DNA from: an uncultured virus (IMG/VR IMGVR_UViG_3300029913_001576)
Lineage: Duplodnaviria > Heunggongvirae > Uroviricota > Caudoviricetes
Length of the DNA stretch: 64,000 nt
Reading direction: 5' to 3' (one strand)
IMG/VR virus record: IMGVR_UViG_3300029913_001576
The notes beneath the pieces were generated by a model that searched no databases, had not been told where the DNA came from, and saw only the letters and a list, made by a program, of their open reading frames with translations. Position 1 is the first letter of the stretch; each line of letters opens with the position of its first letter. A program made the translations under genes and the position numbers. Below, in pieces: positions 58,249-64,000 of the stretch.

Positions 58249-58563
58249 TCAGTAACGACGCTCGCGTGCGCGGTCAGCTTTCTCCAGTTCCATGTCGATC
58301 ACCTTCGAGTGGCGCTCGATGTACTCGGCCACGGCAGGATAGCGTCCGTCGAGCCAGTTCGCGTCACGGAGGCGGTCCAGATAGCTGGCGGGCACTTCGC
58401 CGATGGGTTGCCCAACAAAGGCGCCAAACGGCATCGTGCTCTTGTCGTCCATGACCCGAAAGGAGCGGGAAGCAACTACCGGGGCCACGGGACCGCGAAA
58501 GCCCTCGCGAACATACTCGTCGCCACGGCGGATGCCGGTATCGGTCAGTGTGTCGGATTCCAT
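58249..58563 (-). CDS. DUF3820-like protein
   Basis: MPFGAFVGQPIGEVPASYL motif. Confidence 0.7.
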   Translation of the reverse strand: MESDTLTDTGIRRGDEYVREGFRGPVAPVVASRSFRVMDDKSTMPFGAFVGQPIGEVPASYLDRLRDANWLDGRYPAVAEYIERHSKVIDMELEKADRARERRY

Positions 58564-58577
58564 GCCCCAAGATGGGG

Positions 58578-58961
58578 CTAGCCGGCAATCGCGCGGCGGC
58601 CGCTCCAAGTGCCATCGGCCTCTAGGCACTCGATGACATCCGCCTTGTCAGCGGAGATGTCCCGCCAACCAACCGGCAGGCAAAGAAAGGCGAAATCGTC
58701 CCCGACCAGGACAACATCTCCGGTCGAAAGGCTGCGGGTCCTCCCCGCAACTGAGGCCCACTTCCCGCCCTGCTCCGGATTGTTCGAGAGGTCGAACGCG
58801 TACTCGGCGGCCTGCACGGGCGTGGTGCCCTCGGGCAAATCAACTACGAAGGCGATGCGCCGCGTCGGAATATCGACCTTCGTGCCCGATACCTGCGTGC
58901 CCGACGCAACAGTCTTGCTGATGCTCATGCCGAACATGATCGCCGTAAGTTTCGTGGTCAT
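58578..58961 (-). CDS. YodL-like hypothetical protein
   Basis: AF..SN...RSLSTGDVVLV...GW motif. Confidence 0.6.
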   Translation of the reverse strand: MTTKLTAIMFGMSISKTVASGTQVSGTKVDIPTRRIAFVVDLPEGTTPVQAAEYAFDLSNNPEQGGKWASVAGRTRSLSTGDVVLVGDDFAFLCLPVGWRDISADKADVIECLEADGTWSGRRAIAG

Positions 58962-58994
58962 CGTACCCCAAGATGGGAGGGGCGCGCCCGGGCC

Positions 58995-60008
58995 TTAGGC
59001 CGCAATCCCTTGAACGTGGCGGGCTGCGAAGAACTTCCCGATTGCCTCGCCAAGTGCCTCAAACGGGCGGGCGACAACGCCCTGCCCAAGGACCTCATAC
59101 GCGGTCGTCCGGGGAAGTTTGGCAATGGCGGCGATGAAGGCATCGTCAAACCCGTGGATGCGGGCGACCTCGGTCGGGCGAAGGAGGCGGTAGCTGCCCT
59201 CGCTTGTGCCGCTGCTCACGAAAACGCCCGTGGGCTGAATCTTGCCATACGACTTCGGAATCGTCGGGACCTTCACGCTTTGGCGGGTAAGGATGCGGCG
59301 GGAGAACCCGCAACCTTCGCTGGCCTTGCGGTCGCAATACTTCGTGTGTGCTGCAACCTGCGCGGGGCTGAACTCGTCGGCCTTGTCCTGATCCGTGACC
59401 GGGTCCAAAAGGTTCTCAATCGTGCCGCTAAAGTGGACCGGGGAGTAATCCCAGCTGAACCGGCCCAAACGGGAGGCGACCATGACCCAGCGCACGCGCT
59501 CCGTAGCGGTGTTGAAGTCCGTGAACGGATTGACGACGTACTCGCTCAACTGGTAGCCAATCGCCGAGAGGTGGGCGCGAATGGCTGCCGCGCTGAAGGT
59601 CGTCCGGTAATTGCTTACGTTCTCGAAAACGACGCCCTCGGGGCGGCGCAGCGTGATTTCGTGGAGAGTCGGGATGAACAGGTGCCCAACGTCCGGGTGC
59701 ATCTCGGCGCACGATAGACCGTTCTTGGAAATGCCCGCTGAACTCGCGCCGGTGCAGGGAATGCCAGCGAGGAAGATGTTCGTCGCGTTGCCGGAGGGAA
59801 AGCTGGTCTCCTCGGGAGCATACCCAGTGACTGAACCAAGGGCGGTCGAGGCTTCGGGGTGCTGGTCGGAGAAAAGGCGCAGGTAGCGACCGTCAATCTC
59901 GACGACTCCAGCGACGGCCACCTTGCCATAACGGGAAAGGCCACGGGAGAAAGGGGCGCAGAGCGTGCCCATCCCGGGGAAGAACTCTTTGAGAGCGAAG
60001 GTTGCCAT
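58995..60008 (-). CDS. C5 cytosine DNA methyltransferase
   Basis: FFPGMG (I), GIPCTG (IV), FENV (VI), ERVR (VIII), RLLRPTEVARIHGF, LGQGV; start MATFAL 5 nt after CATCTT. Confidence 0.88.
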   Translation of the reverse strand: MATFALKEFFPGMGTLCAPFSRGLSRYGKVAVAGVVEIDGRYLRLFSDQHPEASTALGSVTGYAPEETSFPSGNATNIFLAGIPCTGASSAGISKNGLSCAEMHPDVGHLFIPTLHEITLRRPEGVVFENVSNYRTTFSAAAIRAHLSAIGYQLSEYVVNPFTDFNTATERVRWVMVASRLGRFSWDYSPVHFSGTIENLLDPVTDQDKADEFSPAQVAAHTKYCDRKASEGCGFSRRILTRQSVKVPTIPKSYGKIQPTGVFVSSGTSEGSYRLLRPTEVARIHGFDDAFIAAIAKLPRTTAYEVLGQGVVARPFEALGEAIGKFFAARHVQGIAA

Positions 60009-60075
60009 AAACCAAGATGGGGCGGGCGTCCGGGCGTAGGTCGGCCAAGCGACAGCATTCAGCCCGACTCGCCAG

Positions 60076-60756
60076 CTACCGTTTGAAAGTGACGGCGTCG
60101 GTCTGTGCCCAACCGCACGCAACGAGGAACTGGCGGCAAACCTCCTGCGTGATGTCGGCATCCGTTGAGCCCTTGGGGGCGGGGATTTCGTCGGCACCAA
60201 AGAGGTCGAGCTGGCCTGTCGGAAGCACGGCGGAGGTCTGGATGCGAACCGTCGCGGGCTTGGCCCAAGCTATAAGGGCCGTGGCAGCGATGAGGTTGCT
60301 GGCGGAAAGAGCGGCCTCAATGACGGCGGGGCGACCGGCGGGCCTCTCCAAACCCGTGCGCAGGGCAATTGAACCTGCGGCGGTGGTGAGCGTGTTGCCA
60401 TCAATCGTCCACGTCTCGGTCGAAACGATGCGAACCGAAAAGGCGCGAAGGGAGGGAAGAATTTGGGCGAGCCCGACCGAGAGCTTGACGCGAACCTCGG
60501 GAGCCGAAAACCGGGCCATGACAGACGACCCCTCGTAAGAAAGGATCGCGGAACCGTTCCGCTTGGAAACGTGGGTGCTGGAGAGAATCGCGGGGCGGAT
60601 GTTCAGCCCCGGTCCCATGCGAGGCTCGACGACGAAGCCCGTGCCAACGTCGAATCCGTTGTTGCTCAGGCGGGAGTAGGAATCCTCAACCCAAAGCCGA
60701 CGATTCAGGCCGGTAGAGCAGTTGCCCAGAGTGGTGAGGATGCTGTCGGATCTCAT
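60076..60756 (-). CDS. methyltransferase-associated protein resembling the N-terminal domain of the 56442-57797 product; has QLDLF
   Basis: RLWVE...RL...GF..G pattern similar to RYFVN...LARAGF..G. Confidence 0.6.
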   Translation of the reverse strand: MRSDSILTTLGNCSTGLNRRLWVEDSYSRLSNNGFDVGTGFVVEPRMGPGLNIRPAILSSTHVSKRNGSAILSYEGSSVMARFSAPEVRVKLSVGLAQILPSLRAFSVRIVSTETWTIDGNTLTTAAGSIALRTGLERPAGRPAVIEAALSASNLIAATALIAWAKPATVRIQTSAVLPTGQLDLFGADEIPAPKGSTDADITQEVCRQFLVACGWAQTDAVTFKR

Positions 60757-61066
60757 GGTGCAAGATGGGGTCAGCGTAGGTCGCGAGGCGTGGAAGGCGG
60801 ATGTGCAGCGAGGGTACAGGCACAGTGGAAACTACGGCGCCCACGGCGTGCGGGTCGCCGGGCCATGCATGCATGACCTCGACTAGCCAGATTTCGTGGG
60901 GCGTCTCGCGGACGCGCTCGAACTCGGAAACGCAGTTGCGGGCAGAGCCAGCCCTGCGTCACGCATAGACGCCCGGGCGGTCGGACTCTGGGTCGGGCCG
61001 CAACCCGTGGGCCGAGATGTCGTCGCGGCTGAGCGACGGGGCCACGTGGAAGTAGATCCAGCTCAC
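60686..61066 (-). pseudogene. ADP-ribosyltransferase/Tpt1-like ORF interrupted by in-frame TGA
   Basis: GTG 61066: MSWIYFHVAP...I.AHGLRP...GVYA, stop at 60959-60961, then ...EIWLVEV...DP...PVPSLHIR. Confidence 0.45.
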
Positions 61067-61377
61067 TTCCGGGGCGACTTGGCGCGAATCGCCTTCAGCT
61101 TGAGGTGCTTTCGCAGTGCCGCGCCTGTGAAAGGCGTGCGCTTCTCTGCAAGGTGCTTGGCGATGACGGCGCAGGTCTCCTCCCAGCTGCGGGTCTCCCA
61201 GAGGTCCTGACCTTCGGGGGACAACTCAACCTCGGCGAGCGCCACGGCGACCGCGCTTAGGTTGTAAAAGTTGCCGATTTCGCGGAGATGGTCGGCGTGG
61301 TCATCGGGGATCTCCCGGGCGATGCAAGCAGCGTTGGCGGCGGCGGCGAGGGCAAGGGCGGCAGTGGTAGCGGTCAT
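61063..61377 (-). CDS. hypothetical protein
   Basis: 104 aa; ATG 5 nt after CATCTT. Confidence 0.65.
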   Translation of the reverse strand: MTATTAALALAAAANAACIAREIPDDHADHLREIGNFYNLSAVAVALAEVELSPEGQDLWETRSWEETCAVIAKHLAEKRTPFTGAALRKHLKLKAIRAKSPRK

Positions 61378-61413
61378 GTCCCAAGATGGCGGCCGTGCCC
61401 TTACCGGGGGGTG

Positions 61414-61884
61414 TCAGACAGCCAGCAGCGGTTGCCCCATGGTAACGGCCTTCGCAACCTTCGCGGTGCGTGCCGGCGCGAGGCTCTTCGTAGGCAACGA
61501 AGTCTTGAAGAAAAGGGCGGTGCCGGAGTCGGCTCCATATCGGAGTTCGTAACCCCAAGTCCGAATCCCCGGAGCACTTCCGATCCGGGTATCGGTGGGC
61601 TTGCTGGGCTCAATCATGCGCGAGACGATGATGTCGCGGCCGAGGGTCAGCGGATCAAGAGCCGTGACTTCGTGGACGTTGTGCGCCCACTCCGAACGGT
61701 CTCCGGAGAAGTGGCACGTCTTCACGAGGTAGAGGTCACCGACTTTTAACTCGCTCAAGGAGTGGATTCGGGCTCCCGGCTGAAAAGCCCCCCACCCCAC
61801 CTTGGGGTCGGCTGTCGGGAAAGGCGGCTTCCTGCTCGGAACCTGTGCGTAAGCCCGGCGATGGGCCGTTGGGGCAGCGTTCAT
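61414..61884 (-). CDS. hypothetical protein
   Basis: 156 aa; ATG 5 nt after CATCTT. Confidence 0.65.
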   Translation of the reverse strand: MNAAPTAHRRAYAQVPSRKPPFPTADPKVGWGAFQPGARIHSLSELKVGDLYLVKTCHFSGDRSEWAHNVHEVTALDPLTLGRDIIVSRMIEPSKPTDTRIGSAPGIRTWGYELRYGADSGTALFFKTSLPTKSLAPARTAKVAKAVTMGQPLLAV

Positions 61885-61953
61885 GGGCCAAGATGGGGCA
61901 AGGGTCGCCCTAGCCGCCTCCCGGGATGCCAAGGCCGTCCAGCCTGGCCTGGG

Positions 61954-62322
61954 TCAACCCATGCTGCGGTTTGACCGGAGAACCGCCCGAAGCTGGTACG
62001 CCTGAATCGCCTGTTGGGGGGTCATCCGGGAAGCTCGTTGGCCACCCATCCACCCCCACTTGGCCATTGCCAGCCAAAGTGCAGCGCTCGTCACGAAAAA
62101 GAAGGTAATCGCGGCAAACACGACCAGTTGCCACGCAAGCGGAACGCCCCTCATTTGCCACTGCATCCACTCGATGGCCTCGGCTGTAGCTGCGGCGGAC
62201 AGGTAAAACCCCACCAACGAGCCGACTGCGGAGGCGGCAATAGCGGCCAAGGTCGCGAAAAATAGCGAAGCACTCGCAAAAAACGTGCCTACGGCGAGGA
62301 TGAATGACTCAAGGTGCTCCAT
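61954..62322 (-). CDS. membrane protein
   Basis: MEHLESFILAV...; TM helices; ATG 7 nt after CATAAT. Confidence 0.6.
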   Translation of the reverse strand: MEHLESFILAVGTFFASASLFFATLAAIAASAVGSLVGFYLSAAATAEAIEWMQWQMRGVPLAWQLVVFAAITFFFVTSAALWLAMAKWGWMGGQRASRMTPQQAIQAYQLRAVLRSNRSMG

Positions 62323-62373
62323 GCTGTAAATTATGGGGGATCTCGGGGCACTGCTACCGGGACCTCGCACCGG

Positions 62374-62607
62374 TTATCGGAGGCAGGGATCGCCGGCGGC
62401 AAGCCTTTTGGCGATGTCCACGGCCTGCGACTCCACGCCAAGCCAGTCGTCGTAAGCCTCAGTTGCGGGAAACCCGTTCGCCTGGGATGTGACGATCCAA
62501 GCGCCCTCACCGTCGCTCTCTGCCCAGAAGAACAGACCGGGCTGGGACGTTGACTCGAATTTGATCGGCTCCTTCGAGGGACTGGCGACGGCCGGGGATA
62601 CGCTCAT
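62374..62607 (-). CDS. hypothetical protein
   Basis: 77 aa; ATG 5 nt after CATCTT. Confidence 0.65.
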   Translation of the reverse strand: MSVSPAVASPSKEPIKFESTSQPGLFFWAESDGEGAWIVTSQANGFPATEAYDDWLGVESQAVDIAKRLAAGDPCLR

Positions 62608-62678
62608 GGGGCAAGATGGCTGCGGAAAGTCTCGCTAGGGCGCCGCAAACGGGCAAGAAAGCCCGATAACGCCCTCAA

Positions 62679-62930
62679 ATGGACCAAGTGGCTACTCCTC
62701 CAGGCTTCGTCGATCAAATGCCCCAGCGGGGGGCGTGGAATGCCCCTGTGAGCGAGCCTGAGCCCTGTAGCTGGGACAATCAGGTCCTGTTGCCTGACGG
62801 GAGGACAAGCTACGGGGTGTTCATGCCGGGAGCCGGATGGTACGTCCGGGACCGGTTCCTAGACGTTCTCGGGTGGCGGAAGCTGGACAACCGGCAGATC
62901 ACCTGCGGGCGCGACCTGCGATCCCTCTAA
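62679..62930 (+). CDS. hypothetical protein (DUF551-like)
   Basis: W......P...VL.....W......VLGWRKL; fills the gap between minus-strand genes. Confidence 0.5.
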   Translation: MDQVATPPGFVDQMPQRGAWNAPVSEPEPCSWDNQVLLPDGRTSYGVFMPGAGWYVRDRFLDVLGWRKLDNRQITCGRDLRSL

Positions 62931-62980
62931 GGAGGCCCCCCGGGGGGTGGGTAAACGGAGGGCGAAACGCCCACAGGCGT

Positions 62981-63325
62981 TCAAACCGGGTGCGAGTCCA
63001 GTTCCTCAATCGCCCTGCGGGCGTCGTGAGCGGACATCGTGGGGCGCACGTAACCGGCAGTCTGGATGCGGTTCCGGAACTCGGTCTTGACGGCGAGAAA
63101 CTTGTCAGCGCCCAGCATTTCAAGCTCGGAGGCAAAAAGGCCCTCCTGTGCGTGGTACCCCTCGACCTGCTCTAGCGCCCGGCGGTACTTCGCCGCCAGC
63201 TCGCGATTGCGCTCGCGGTACTTCTGGAGACGCTCGGAACTGCCCGCAGCGAGCCATGTGAAGAAGCCAGAGGCCAAGGCCGCAGCTACCGCGGAGCCCC
63301 CAGTGACAATGTTCGGGTCAATCAT
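62981..63325 (-). CDS. membrane-anchored coiled-coil protein
   Basis: N-terminal TM helix; ATG 5 nt after CATCTT. Confidence 0.65.
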   Translation of the reverse strand: MIDPNIVTGGSAVAAALASGFFTWLAAGSSERLQKYRERNRELAAKYRRALEQVEGYHAQEGLFASELEMLGADKFLAVKTEFRNRIQTAGYVRPTMSAHDARRAIEELDSHPV

Positions 63326-63966
63326 ACCCCAAGATGGGAGGCGTCGGAATAGAGGTACAAATGCCGCAGGTCCCTCTCCCGCTCAACGGTCGCCGGAGAG
63401 AAGTCTCCCATGGCTGGCATGTCGAACCGCACGACCGCCTTTCCGTGACGCGTGCCGACGACCGTGCCGCAAAGGACCCCCGAGCGATTGAAGACGGGCG
63501 CAAGCCGAGGATCGCGGCACACAAAATGGACAAGGTTTCCGATGAGTGCGACCGGGTCGCCGGACGCAGGGACCATGTCGGCGCCGAACGTGTCGTGCGA
63601 ATGCCTGTCGGGCTGCATCAGGGCCTCGTCAGTGACAAGGATTGGGCTCGTGTAGTTCGAGAGGTTTTCGCCGCCATCGGCCTGCTGCACGACCTCTACG
63701 GGCAACGGATGCCCGTAGGTCGTGCCGTAGCGCTCATTGTAGCCCAGGAAGCGGATGCCGGTGAGGGCTTCCCATGCGCACGAGGTGGTGTGAAATGTGG
63801 ACTCGCGATTGATGAACCTCACGCGCCCGTCGATGGTGATGACCGCGCTCGACGCACTCATGCTGCTCCACAGCGTGAACCGGCGACCGGCGATGATAAC
63901 GTCATACCGGCTGTGCCAACCTGGGGCGGGGAAAGACGAAGGGACCTTGTGCCCGTTCAACCGCAT
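63322..63966 (-). CDS. hypothetical protein
   Basis: 214 aa; start uncertain near the window edge. Confidence 0.55.
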   Translation of the reverse strand: MRLNGHKVPSSFPAPGWHSRYDVIIAGRRFTLWSSMSASSAVITIDGRVRFINRESTFHTTSCAWEALTGIRFLGYNERYGTTYGHPLPVEVVQQADGGENLSNYTSPILVTDEALMQPDRHSHDTFGADMVPASGDPVALIGNLVHFVCRDPRLAPVFNRSGVLCGTVVGTRHGKAVVRFDMPAMGDFSPATVERERDLRHLYLYSDASHLGV

Positions 63967-64000
63967 CGTGCGGGTGTGCCATGCAAGCAGCCTTAGCGTC

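Larger units (their letters stand above)
6069..62947. repeat. dispersed palindrome CCCCCCGGGGGG (11 copies; extended consensus GGAGG-C6G6-TR)
   Basis: Copies start at 6069, 12890, 15579, 26457, 30623, 35955, 42328, 43656, 46389, 54383, 62936. Confidence 0.85.
53175..63340 (-). promoter_or_regulatory. recurrent CCATCTTG promoter-like motif in front of leading-region genes
   Basis: AAGATG core on the + strand at 53178, 53661, 55201, 55442, 55755, 55981, 56171, 57813, 58237, 58569, 58970, 60014, 60762, 61383, 61890, 62613, 63331. Confidence 0.8.

Noticed and set aside
53175..63340. CCATCTTG as integron attC or recombination sites, or as multiple nic sites
   Set aside because: No attC-like palindromic structure or integrase; the fixed 5-nt spacing to ATG fits a promoter better
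53175..63340. Motif as a non-canonical ribosome-binding site
   Set aside because: Not complementary to the anti-SD, and one copy precedes a non-coding RNA; not fully excluded without TSS data
1..64000. Prophage or phage-plasmid; alternative genetic code
   Set aside because: No capsid, terminase or tail genes seen; TGA, TAG and TAA all terminate well-supported genes, so the single in-frame TGA at 60959 does not indicate recoding

Overview
GC-rich, gene-dense 64 kb segment of a large conjugative element (plasmid or ICE; no rep, integrase or phage structural gene is visible in the window). Layout: (i) 0-7.7 kb, minus-strand small accessory genes; (ii) divergent RecD2 helicase and large Toprim/primase-like gene; (iii) 16-30 kb, a divergent type IV secretion (mating-pair) cluster with TraV-, VirB10-, VirB9-, VirB8-, VirB6-, VirB5-, VirB4-, VirB3-like genes and a divergently transcribed pilin; (iv) UvrD helicase, VirD4/TraD coupling protein, two degenerate PLD/Nuc-like proteins and a GspE/PilB ATPase; (v) MOB-P-like relaxase operon and a repeat-rich candidate oriT at about 50.5-50.8 kb; (vi) 51-64 kb, small genes pointing at the oriT (leading-region architecture), with guanylate kinase and two C5 DNA methyltransferases. 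Non-coding signals read directly from the sequence: many genes start 5-8 nt after one of two -10-like motifs (CCCATAATT/CCCATACTT in core genes, CCCATCTTG in the leading region), implying leaderless transcription in two promoter classes; 11 dispersed CCCCCCGGGGGG palindromes; a stand-alone 63-nt tRNA-like gene ending in CCA with its own promoter motif and terminator; and a hairpin-dense intergenic stretch at 15.3-15.6 kb. Protein family calls come from motif recognition by eye, not database searches. Many start codons were adjusted relative to the ORF track using the promoter motif and signal peptides.
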